Below, piece by piece: positions 34,320 through 42,800 of a stretch of DNA of 42,800 nt; positions within the stretch are counted from its first letter, which is position 1; every line of letters begins with the position of its first letter. The translations under genes were made by a program, and so were the position numbers. Origin of the DNA: Elusimicrobiota bacterium (GTDB lineage Bacteria; Elusimicrobiota; UBA8919); contig JBDRIG010000112.1 of the NCBI GenBank assembly GCA_043816185.1, positions 1 to 42,800 of the forward strand, read 5' to 3'. The notes beneath the pieces are model-generated. The model was not told the origin of the DNA, did not search any database, and saw nothing but the letters and a program-made list of their open reading frames with translations.

Positions 34320-35528
34320 TTACGCTTTTTTGGAAATCTTCTGTGTTTTAAGCAAGGCTTCCGCTAAAGCCGAGTATATAAGCGGCTGGATTGATGCTCC
34401 AGCTCGTCGACAGGAATCTTCACTAAACTGTGTTATAGTTTTACCTAACACTATTTTTAACGGAATTTTTTTCTTTATGTTAGGGAGATATGCAATTTTA
34501 TTCATATATGGTTTGTTTTTTCTTGGAATTCCAATAATTTTTTCAGCATAGTAATCGGCATCTGGATGATTTTTTCCTAATATATTTTCAATATAATAAA
34601 TCGCATCATTGATTTCAATAAATTTTAATTCTGATAGATATGCCATATTACCTTTTTCTATCTCTATATCTTCGGACCCCGTGATTTCAGGTAAAGGGTG
34701 TTGAACTTGCTGAAAATCATTCAAAACAAATTCGCATTTTTCAACAATTTCCTGAGTATTGTTCAAAAATTCCTGAGGCATAGTAGCATCAAGCATTTCT
34801 TTTTCCGACTTAAGCCAATAGTGGTGTGAATCAGTTTGAAATGATGAAATTTTCTCAAAACGGGTTTTTATTATAATATCATGAGCAAGCCAATCGTCAA
34901 TTTCTAAATAGTGAACATCATTTGTTGCAATCGGTTTTACATTATGTTTTTTTGCAAGTTCCAATAGACCCTTATTTGATATCTCTTCGTCGCTAATTCC
35001 GTGTTTTGCTATTTCAACGTAGAAATCATTTTTAAAAATTTCTTTGTATTTTAAAAAAATTTTTTCCGCATCTGAAAAACCGTTTTTTATATATGCTTGT
35101 GATATTTGGTTAAAAAAACAGGCGGATGAAGCAATTAAACCTTCGTGATATTTTTCTAAAAGTTTCCAATCAACAAGTCCGCGTTTTTCATAATAATTAT
35201 TTATAAGCCAACTGTCTGAAACAAGACTTACGAGATTTTTATATCCAACCTCATTTTTGGCAAATAAAAGAAGGTGATGTCTATTTTTATCTTTTTTTTC
35301 AATTGATTTTTGGGCATCGTCAACAAAATATACTTCAACACCAAAAATAGGTTTTACATTATGTTTTTTACAAGCATCTGAAAACTCATATATAAATGGC
35401 ATTTCGCCGTGTTCCGTCATAGCAATGGCATTTTGTCCAAATGATTTCGCTTTTTTTACTGCTTCATCAATTCGCAAAGCACTATCAGAAAATGAGCCTA
35501 TAAAATGATTATGTAGATGAGTAAACAT
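34320..35528 (-). CDS. PHP-domain protein derived from the N-terminus of DNA polymerase III alpha (DnaE), lacking the polymerase palm
   Basis: Collinear with the DnaE PHP domain: FTHLHNHFIGSFSDS, AIAMTEHGEM, VKPIFGVEVYF, HLLLFAKNEVGYKNLVSLVS, HEGLIASSAC, ATNDVHYLEIDDWLAHD, YWLKSEKEML and LNNTQEIVEKCEF. It then jumps to a degenerate fingers-like stretch, AEKIIGIPRKNK...IPLKIVLGKTITQFSED, and stops at 402 aa. I found no PDxDxDF-type catalytic motif. An SD (AAGGA) lies upstream of the ATG. Confidence 0.8.
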   Translation of the reverse strand: MFTHLHNHFIGSFSDSALRIDEAVKKAKSFGQNAIAMTEHGEMPFIYEFSDACKKHNVKPIFGVEVYFVDDAQKSIEKKDKNRHHLLLFAKNEVGYKNLVSLVSDSWLINNYYEKRGLVDWKLLEKYHEGLIASSACFFNQISQAYIKNGFSDAEKIFLKYKEIFKNDFYVEIAKHGISDEEISNKGLLELAKKHNVKPIATNDVHYLEIDDWLAHDIIIKTRFEKISSFQTDSHHYWLKSEKEMLDATMPQEFLNNTQEIVEKCEFVLNDFQQVQHPLPEITGSEDIEIEKGNMAYLSELKFIEINDAIYYIENILGKNHPDADYYAEKIIGIPRKNKPYMNKIAYLPNIKKKIPLKIVLGKTITQFSEDSCRRAGASIQPLIYSALAEALLKTQKISKKA

Positions 35529-35589
35529 TATATTTTCCTTATATTAGATATAAACCTTTGTTTCGCATTTCCGTGCACTTCCGCGTTAG

Positions 35590-35617
35590 ATTATAATATA
35601 ATAAATAAAATAAGCAA
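35590..35617 (-). promoter_or_regulatory. Putative sigma-70-type promoter for the PHP/CDF transcription unit
   Basis: The minus strand reads TTGCTT (35617-35612), a 16-nt spacer, then TATAAT (35595-35590), about 60 nt upstream of the ATG at 35528. Confidence 0.35.
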
Positions 35618-35634
35618 CTTTACGCGTGTTGCTT
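35600..35634 (-). terminator. Putative Rho-independent terminator after the secreted PHP gene
   Basis: The minus-strand RNA has AAGCAAC (35634-35628), a 9-nt loop and GUUGCUU (35618-35612), followed by AUUUUAUUUAUU. Confidence 0.45.
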
Positions 35635-35669
35635 TTATTCATATAAACATCAACAAAACAGGATATACA

Positions 35670-37070
35670 TTAAAACATAAACTTCGCAACAATTGTAGTC
35701 TCTTTAATATTAAAATCATAACCAAAAATTGCAGGACCATACGTTGCCGAAACTGACGATATTTTAATCGATTTTTTTAATTCACTATTTTTGTCAAATA
35801 GACTTTTAACTCCAATCACATTCAAGACATTGTAAACCTGCTCGTCATAAGTTGTGCAAATTTTTACATTTCCCGCCCGATAACCAACTGGTAGAGATGA
35901 AAAAATAATTTTGCTGAATAAAAATTCAACATTATCTTTTATGTCGTCGTAAAGTGACAGTGTAGAATAAATGGATTGGATTGCCTTAAATTCTATAAGT
36001 GACTTATATGGCAAATAAACTCCACTCAAAACGGGGCGAACATCACCATTTTCCATCGCCTCTTTTATTCCGTTAAGCGATTTTTCTCCCACCTTCACAA
36101 TTGAATAGCCAGAATAACCAACACCATTTTTGAAGTGTGAATCTGACGAGGAAAGATAAAACTTTTTCTGTTTTCTTAATTTTTTTTTAATTTTTGTTTG
36201 CCTAAAAAAATCATATGGAAGAAAGGAACTACCGTTATAGAGTTCAACGCCGTCAAACTTTTGCGAGTATGATTGCTTCAAGCCAACACCAGATTTCTGT
36301 GTTGGATGAGCAGCAATCGCAAGACCATTCTGACGGTGAATTTCTGCTATCGTTTCATCAACGCTCATATTCTGATGAATATGCGTTTTTATAAAAAGTG
36401 CTACAATATGACCGTCAACTGTGGAAATCTCTTCCCCAGAAATTACAAAAAAATCTTTTTTTATCAACCCGCGAACTTTTAATTTTTCTACTATATCTTT
36501 TGTTTGATAATCGTTATGGTCGGTAATTGCAATCGCACTAAGACCTTTTTTGTTAGCGTGAATTATAAGTTTTTCTATATCGGAAACTGAATCGTGAGAG
36601 TGAATTGTATGCAGGTGTGTATCTATGGCGATTTCATTATCTGCAACGAAAATTTTTTTGGTATTGAGTAAGAAAAAAACAGAATTTATCATAAAATCCT
36701 GCTCGGCATATTTTTTCTTTTTAAGATATATTTGTATGGAGTCCGACGGCAATGAAAAACCGATTACATTGAGAGCAAAAATTTCTGCGGATTTTTCATA
36801 AAAATATTTCCTATTGCTTTTAAGATAATTAAATTCTGACTCGGAATCCAGAAGAAGTTGACGTGCTGTGTTCTGCACAACAACTGGATATTTTTGCCCC
36901 TCTTCAAAATCGCCAGCAGGATAATAAATATTTCCATAGTGTAATTTTTCTGAAATATAATCGTAAGCAGAAAAACATGGTGCGGGACATAGTGCATATA
37001 ACACAGTGAAAAAAAGAAAAACAAAAACCCTATACCTTTTATCCTCAACCCCATATACTAACTTTTTCAT
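35670..37070 (-). CDS. Secreted PHP-family metal-dependent phosphoesterase
   Basis: The N-terminal signal-like sequence is RVFVFLFFTVLYALCPAPCFSAYDY. The PHP motifs are IDTHLHTIHSHDS, AIAITDHND, GEEIST, AIAAHP and SSSDSH. Confidence 0.8.
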   Translation of the reverse strand: MKKLVYGVEDKRYRVFVFLFFTVLYALCPAPCFSAYDYISEKLHYGNIYYPAGDFEEGQKYPVVVQNTARQLLLDSESEFNYLKSNRKYFYEKSAEIFALNVIGFSLPSDSIQIYLKKKKYAEQDFMINSVFFLLNTKKIFVADNEIAIDTHLHTIHSHDSVSDIEKLIIHANKKGLSAIAITDHNDYQTKDIVEKLKVRGLIKKDFFVISGEEISTVDGHIVALFIKTHIHQNMSVDETIAEIHRQNGLAIAAHPTQKSGVGLKQSYSQKFDGVELYNGSSFLPYDFFRQTKIKKKLRKQKKFYLSSSDSHFKNGVGYSGYSIVKVGEKSLNGIKEAMENGDVRPVLSGVYLPYKSLIEFKAIQSIYSTLSLYDDIKDNVEFLFSKIIFSSLPVGYRAGNVKICTTYDEQVYNVLNVIGVKSLFDKNSELKKSIKISSVSATYGPAIFGYDFNIKETTIVAKFMF

Positions 37071-37088
37071 CTATGCATTCCGTATTCC

Positions 37089-40000
37089 TCAGAATATTAT
37101 GCTAAGAGAAGAGGAAATTTCGAGAGAATAGTAGTTATCCTTTTTTTTCTTTCTATCCATAAAATAAGAACTGCCAGGCATAAGATTGAATCTTAAATTG
37201 TCGGATATAGAAACTGCATAATCGCCAGTTAAATTAATTGAATAAGTTTCAGCATTATTTATATCAATAATTTTATCGTGTGTTTGCGAATATTTTAAAC
37301 TACTGTTTACCGTAAGTCGACTTTGATAATTGTACTGTTTTTTTAATATAAACGGTATTGAAAATGTAGAAGGTTTGGAAACGTCATAGTTGATACCCAA
37401 AGATGCAATTTGTGTTATAGAGTTTTTAGTTATTTTCGGTGTACCGTCAACCTCAAATTCGGTTTTCATCTCGTATCGCGGCGTGAATCGCCAGTTTTGA
37501 TACTTAAGAAATCTGTAACCAGTCTGAAATGCCATAGATTGTACATCACCATCAGCAGTAATTTTATTTTGTTTAATATCTTTTGCAAAAACTTTTGTAG
37601 TACCATACGATGCAAAACAATCAAATCTTTTTATAACATTGAATCTGTAATCATATAGATTTGAAATTGTTTGTTCAAATTTTGTTTTTTCATTAAAGGC
37701 ATAACTATCAATAATTCGCGTTGTATGTCTAAAATTAACAAATGTATCGGACATATATTTTTCAATAAAGAAAAATTTCTCGACACTAGAAACTCCCACA
37801 GTTAAATCAGGCCAATTTAATGTTACTACTCGACTTTGTGTACCTGTTATTTCGTTTTTCTTATCTGTTTGAGAATATGCTGAAGCTACTGTAACTGATT
37901 TTATTGGAGATAAACGACCTCTGAAAGGTAAAAACTCAAAAGGTGAGTATCTAGCATTTCCACGAATAGTATCTGATAAAGTAAAAGATTCTCTTGTCCC
38001 AGTTAGTATGTTTTCTGCTGACAAATTTTTCTCAAGCAATTTTTCTCGCATAAATAATTTATTGTAGATATATTCCGCTTTTTTAACATTTTTATAGCTA
38101 TTGCCATCGACAATCTCGAATGAAGAATTTAATGACAAGGAATTTAATGGTGCAAAATTAATAATATCGTGAGGTGTTAATGAAATAGATATATTGCCAC
38201 TGAATGTTCTAACAACCGTTTTGGTTTCTGGCTCAATATATCCCGTAACAGCTCCATAGAGAGGATCATATCGTACCTCGCTAGACACAACAAGATTATA
38301 TGTCTGTGTTATTTCCGAATTGCAGGATGCTGTGGGAACAAACCATGAAAATATATGCAATGATGTTGAAAGCGAAGCAGTTTGTGAATCGTTTTTTGGA
38401 TAATCTGTTTTTACTTTACCGATAAGTTGTTTTTTTTCACGGGTAACAGAAAACTTATAAGTAGGCGACAAAGACAAATTGGAAAACGGTTTTATTCCGA
38501 ACCAGTCGTTAAGCCAACTTGTTGGCGTAAAAGATGTTCCACCTGAATAATTATCTGAATATGTCTGAAGATACCAACTGGTTGTAAAATTAACCAACTC
38601 AGAAAAATTGATGTTTTTTTTAAGTGGATAACCTTGAAAAGCATCTGTGTGTGAATAAGATGCGGAAAGGTTGTTTGGAATTATATAAAGTTTAAGCGGA
38701 TTTGTGTAATCAAAGGTATTGTTTAATATATTTGTTTCATTATGCTGAATAAGAATGTTTGATTCGGTAATCGACCTTGAATAAGAACAGCCAAGACGAG
38801 GAAATTTTTGAATAGTTAACGATGTTGAACTATTACCAGAAACGGTAGTAACTTTTCCTTCTTCTAAAATTGAAACGAGGTTTAGACTACCAGTTTGGAT
38901 CGCCGAGGGTATTACTGTAACTATTTTTGAAATAGATGTATTTAGCGGTATTGAAATCCAACTTAAAAATTCTGGTTTCAACAACCACAATTGAGGTATA
39001 TTAAAATAACTCGATATTTCTTCGTAATCCCTGTTTGAAATCTGGGTTGTAAGTGTTTGAAAATCACGATTAATAAACTTAAATTTTCCGCCAAAAGTTG
39101 CCCAATTGGGAACAGTAAAATCTGCATTATATCTATTGGCATATCCTGTAATTTTCCACGACTCATCTAAATAAATTTCATCAAGCCATATTTCATCATT
39201 CTCAATCTTTAAACCACTTTGATTTATAATCAATATTTTTATCTGCGATATATTGGTAAGCGATGGATTTCCGACGATGGTTAGTGGCTGACCTCCTACC
39301 TCCATTCTATCAGGTTTTTTGTCCTTATTTAAGTCAACTAATGAAAGTGTGATTTCTCTCCAACCATTCCAATTTGGCACAGTTTTATACTCATAGTATG
39401 CTGATTCTGCACCAAATTGTATAGCAAATGTTGCGTTTTTTGAACCACGACCATCTAAACTACCACCCCACAAATAAAATGTAAGTTTCTTATGTTTCGA
39501 GTAATCTGCAGAACGGGAAAAAACAAATTTTGTTGTTGCAGTGGAACCATTTTCAAGCGTATATTTTAATTGAAGGGATTGCTCTTTTTTGCCATTTAAG
39601 TCGCCATTTTTATCTATAAGTTTATAGAGGTTTTTGAACGTCTCCGGAAAAGTATCATAAAGTGGTGTATACACTGTGTTGTCAATGTTATTTATTGCTG
39701 TAGCTGTCATTTCACCAGTTCCAAATATAGTTGGTTTTTCCCACTTGTTTCCAACCACCGAAATATCCACAAACTGAATACTCCGATAAGAAGAATTACC
39801 ATATGGGGATTTTACATTCAATCTTATTTGTTTCGCCGTCTCCCACGTTGTCACACCACCAAGAGGAATAATAAAATGCTTCCAGCCAGCGGGCCAAGAA
39901 ATATTGTTATATGCAATTCCGCTTTCGTCCTTAAAACCAATCGTTCCGTCGGAATTTGTAAAAGTTGCTATATTAAAACTACCGAGAATACTATCGCTGC

Positions 40001-42305
40001 GTCTTAATACACCGTCTCCATCTAAATCCTCAGTATCAATTTTTCCGTTATCTGCACCTATCAAGGTTACACTTCCATCGGGATGATTAAATGCAATTCC
40101 CGTATCTTCACCTGGATTTACAATACCATCGGAGTTTTTATCCTCAGTATCCATTAATCCATCACTATCGGCATCTTCGTTTAGTGAGCCGATTGAAAAT
40201 GTTATTTCGTCACCAGAATTATCGCCATACATCCAAAAATCTAAAAAAAGTTTCTTTGTGTAGTCGACACCAAGACGAGAAATTGGATAAATAATTGATG
40301 CCTCTTTACTCTGATTGAGTTTATATAAAACATTTAGTATCTGTTGTTTTATGTCCTTTTCTTCCTCTTGTATCGACGGATTTATCTCCACGCGTTTAAC
40401 ATCTACATTCGTCCAACTAACTGCGCTGTTTGCTGTTTGATCGGCAGATATATTCGCAGAATATTTCCACGACTCGGCGTTAGATGACATTGTATCTGCT
40501 TGTTTAATGCCTTCCATGTTTTCAATTAAGGCATTTCCAAAAATGTTCGGGTTTCTAATGCTTGACGCATACTCACCAGAAAAAGATGGTTGAAACGGTA
40601 AATTACTAAACGATGCTTTTGTATCAAACTCCCACACAGAAATACTCTCAGGGCTTGAACGAACATCTGGCGATGTTAAGGGTGTTAAGGGAAAATTATA
40701 CAAAAAAGTAGAACCAAATGAAAAATTATTATAAGGAGCATACTCAACGCGAGTGCCAATAACCGTCTGATCCATTTGCCCCCCAAAAGGCATCCATTCA
40801 TAGGTTATATCGATAAGTGTCGTGTCGTTTATTTTTTCTTCGCTTAAAAAAGTGACAAAACCTGAATCATAATCCATAAAGTAATCAATATCTCTTATTA
40901 ATTGTTTACCATCTATCATGATTTTTTCCGACTGTGGGATTATATTAGGACGCACAAGATATGATTTTGTACGGTATTTGTATTCGGTATAAATTATATA
41001 ATTTCTGGTGGGTGTTGCAGCATACGTATTTTGTGGAAATGGCTCTTTGTCGTTGCCTTCACCATCTGTAAACCTGAAGATTCCCGCTTCAAAATCTACC
41101 TCAATATTGTCAGGATATTTTGCTATTTCAGGTGTATTTTTGAGAGATAAATCCTTAATTCTTAATATAAAATTACTCCTATTATCATCACGAATAACTT
41201 TTGTTCTTCCTATTGAATAATAATTTTTAAGTTCGTAATTAAGCGTTTCTGATTCGTCTTTTATTAGTTTAAATGTTGTAAAAGGCATGTCGTCTTTCAC
41301 TCGAGTTCCGTCTTTTTTTTCATAATCAATGGCAATAATATAATTCTGTCCAATTGATTTTCTAAAAACAATAACACCCCGTTCATAATCAATTGTGTAG
41401 TCATTCCCAGGATACAAAAGGTCGCATGCCGCAGAAAAAGATGAATCACTAACGCCATACTTTGAGACGGTGATTGAGGACGTAAGTATAGTATTGTTTG
41501 TAGCATTTCTGTCGTCAACATATATAATTTCTGTGCCAGGTTTTATTGGAAGATGAGTGGTAGACAAGGCAAGTTTATAATATTTCCGTCTTAAATAAGC
41601 TGTATCATTAATCTCTTTTTTTTCGAAGCTAGTTGAACCACGGAAGCATTTCGTCTCGGTAGTTCCCTTTGTTCTGGAAAACACTCCATAAAAATTCGCT
41701 TTTTTATGTTTTAGTTTCGCCATTGCGCCAAATGCCGCCTTATTGTAAGAGACAAACTCTGTTCCTGGAAGCGAGAGCGTAATATCACCAAATGCTATAT
41801 CTTGAACTAACTCATCGGGGTCACCCTTATAAACAATTGAGATATCTTTTTTATTTTCAACTGTATCGTCGTAATCAATACCAACGGTAATTTTTCTTTT
41901 TACTGTTCCTTTGATACGCATTTGTAATTGTTGGGTAAGCTCAAACCCACTTGGGAATGGTTGGGTTTTTTTATCGTCCCTTTTGTAAAAATATTTTGAA
42001 GATGCAAACTTCATTCTAATAAATTTTCTACCTGAAATTGCAAGTTTTGACTCATATGGAAGTTCTATTCCGTCGGAAAGTATCGCAGGTACGATGGGGC
42101 CAGCTGTAGTAGTTGTGATATCTACTCGGAATGACTTCGGCCTGGTGGTTTCTATTTTTTCTTCCCTGTATTCTTTTTTTTCTTTTTGTTGTCTTATCTG
42201 GTTCCAATCATCAATGTCAAAATCTTCTGCTGAAAGACAGAGAATAAGAGGGCGAGAGAGTAGGAGAGTGAGTAAAAATATGATTTGTGTGATTTGTTTT
42301 TTCAT
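37089..42305 (-). CDS. Giant outer-membrane beta-barrel protein, distantly SprA-like (T9SS translocon family), with an Asp-rich Ca-binding-type insert
   Basis: 1743-aa maximal ORF with ATGs at 42320 and 42305 (MKKQITQIIFLLTLLL signal). The N-terminal block ITVGIDYDDTVENKKDISIVYKGDPDELVQDIAFGDITLSLPGTEFVSYNKAAFGAMAKL...FYGVFSRTKG resembles the SprA N-terminal signature as I recall it. DxDxDG-like repeats (DADSDGLMDTEDKNSDG, DTEDLDGDGV) lie at about 39990-40190. The rest is long, alternating and beta-rich, and the C-terminus is ...LEISSSLSIIF with a terminal Phe (OMP beta-signal). Confidence 0.8.
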   Translation of the reverse strand: MKKQITQIIFLLTLLLSRPLILCLSAEDFDIDDWNQIRQQKEKKEYREEKIETTRPKSFRVDITTTTAGPIVPAILSDGIELPYESKLAISGRKFIRMKFASSKYFYKRDDKKTQPFPSGFELTQQLQMRIKGTVKRKITVGIDYDDTVENKKDISIVYKGDPDELVQDIAFGDITLSLPGTEFVSYNKAAFGAMAKLKHKKANFYGVFSRTKGTTETKCFRGSTSFEKKEINDTAYLRRKYYKLALSTTHLPIKPGTEIIYVDDRNATNNTILTSSITVSKYGVSDSSFSAACDLLYPGNDYTIDYERGVIVFRKSIGQNYIIAIDYEKKDGTRVKDDMPFTTFKLIKDESETLNYELKNYYSIGRTKVIRDDNRSNFILRIKDLSLKNTPEIAKYPDNIEVDFEAGIFRFTDGEGNDKEPFPQNTYAATPTRNYIIYTEYKYRTKSYLVRPNIIPQSEKIMIDGKQLIRDIDYFMDYDSGFVTFLSEEKINDTTLIDITYEWMPFGGQMDQTVIGTRVEYAPYNNFSFGSTFLYNFPLTPLTSPDVRSSPESISVWEFDTKASFSNLPFQPSFSGEYASSIRNPNIFGNALIENMEGIKQADTMSSNAESWKYSANISADQTANSAVSWTNVDVKRVEINPSIQEEEKDIKQQILNVLYKLNQSKEASIIYPISRLGVDYTKKLFLDFWMYGDNSGDEITFSIGSLNEDADSDGLMDTEDKNSDGIVNPGEDTGIAFNHPDGSVTLIGADNGKIDTEDLDGDGVLRRSDSILGSFNIATFTNSDGTIGFKDESGIAYNNISWPAGWKHFIIPLGGVTTWETAKQIRLNVKSPYGNSSYRSIQFVDISVVGNKWEKPTIFGTGEMTATAINNIDNTVYTPLYDTFPETFKNLYKLIDKNGDLNGKKEQSLQLKYTLENGSTATTKFVFSRSADYSKHKKLTFYLWGGSLDGRGSKNATFAIQFGAESAYYEYKTVPNWNGWREITLSLVDLNKDKKPDRMEVGGQPLTIVGNPSLTNISQIKILIINQSGLKIENDEIWLDEIYLDESWKITGYANRYNADFTVPNWATFGGKFKFINRDFQTLTTQISNRDYEEISSYFNIPQLWLLKPEFLSWISIPLNTSISKIVTVIPSAIQTGSLNLVSILEEGKVTTVSGNSSTSLTIQKFPRLGCSYSRSITESNILIQHNETNILNNTFDYTNPLKLYIIPNNLSASYSHTDAFQGYPLKKNINFSELVNFTTSWYLQTYSDNYSGGTSFTPTSWLNDWFGIKPFSNLSLSPTYKFSVTREKKQLIGKVKTDYPKNDSQTASLSTSLHIFSWFVPTASCNSEITQTYNLVVSSEVRYDPLYGAVTGYIEPETKTVVRTFSGNISISLTPHDIINFAPLNSLSLNSSFEIVDGNSYKNVKKAEYIYNKLFMREKLLEKNLSAENILTGTRESFTLSDTIRGNARYSPFEFLPFRGRLSPIKSVTVASAYSQTDKKNEITGTQSRVVTLNWPDLTVGVSSVEKFFFIEKYMSDTFVNFRHTTRIIDSYAFNEKTKFEQTISNLYDYRFNVIKRFDCFASYGTTKVFAKDIKQNKITADGDVQSMAFQTGYRFLKYQNWRFTPRYEMKTEFEVDGTPKITKNSITQIASLGINYDVSKPSTFSIPFILKKQYNYQSRLTVNSSLKYSQTHDKIIDINNAETYSINLTGDYAVSISDNLRFNLMPGSSYFMDRKKKKDNYYSLEISSSLSIIF

Positions 42306-42326
42306 CTGTGCAATCCGCATTTTATT

Positions 42327-42355
42327 ATTTTACCAAATTCGAACGAAATAAACAA
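42327..42355 (-). promoter_or_regulatory. Possible extended -10 promoter upstream of the giant OMP gene
   Basis: The minus strand reads TTGTTT (42355-42350), a 17-nt spacer ending in TGG, then TAAAAT (42332-42327). It lies very close to the first ATG, so the call is weak. Confidence 0.25.
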
Positions 42356-42800
42356 TAAAAAAACTTGAATTTGTAAATGGTAGAATAAAGTATCTAGTTA
42401 TGATAAAGAATATGGTAAAGAAAAGGTTCCGCATGTAATAGCGGAATATATAGTAAGATGTATGTGACGATAAAGACATTATATGGATAGTGGCGTGAGA
42501 AACAAGAAGTAGAGAGGTAAAAAATAAGAAACAGAGATGTAGGTTGTTGTAGACACGAATTTATTCGTGCGCTTTTGTATGATCGCAGACAGTGCCTACA
42601 AGAAACTTTAAGGTTTTCTTATTCGATAAGACCAATTAAAGATAAGTAACGCAACAGTAAGTGCTTGTCAACTCATTTAATAATCTAACCCTTGGTAAGA
42701 AGGAACAGAGTTATTAACAACATAAAGTTCAGGTTCAAAATTTTCCTGAATTTTCTTAGATTTAGAAGTCATTTGAAAAATTTTATCTAATTTTTTGTCT

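Noticed and set aside
1-42800. Mobile elements, CRISPR arrays, tRNA or rRNA genes, and known defence-system genes
   Set aside because: I looked for transposase, integrase or recombinase motifs, terminal inverted repeats, regularly spaced repeats of at least 25 nt, tRNA-like GC blocks with a GGTTCGA T-arm, and nuclease, helicase or methylase triads. I found none.

Overview
This is a strongly AT-rich bacterial window in which every credible gene lies on the minus strand. The genes are tightly packed, and five junctions have ATGA stop/start overlaps. I found no rRNA, tRNA, CRISPR array, transposase or integrase.

Bases 1-31858 form one very large envelope-glycan biosynthesis and modification locus:
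- an AsnB-type amidotransferase, partial at the left edge and missing from the ORF track;
- two membrane GT2 enzymes, two GT4 enzymes and a CgeB-like glycosyltransferase;
- a MurJ/MviN-type flippase;
- an unusually dense set of GT-C membrane enzymes: one ArnT/PMT-like protein, one probable one, a YfhO protein plus a core-deleted mini-YfhO paralog, and two tandem O-antigen-ligase-domain/TPR fusions;
- a nucleotide-sugar block with a GHMP heptose-kinase-like enzyme, a ColD-type 3-dehydratase carrying His in place of the Schiff-base Lys, an extended-SDR reductase, a GMD-like 4,6-dehydratase and a split transketolase;
- four paralogous B12-binding radical SAM genes interleaved with SAM methyltransferases, which is the most unusual part.

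Bases 32301-42320 hold a TPR membrane protein, a GC-rich structured ~255-nt intergenic element (candidate ncRNA, unclassified), a CDF metal transporter, a DnaE-derived PHP-only protein, a secreted PHP phosphoesterase, and a 1743-aa outer-membrane beta-barrel that looks like a distant SprA (T9SS translocon) relative.

Three genes are interrupted by one extra A in a poly(A) run, and four genes look internally deleted, which suggests either gene erosion or homopolymer sequencing error. All functional calls rest on motifs I could read in the translations. No database search was run.
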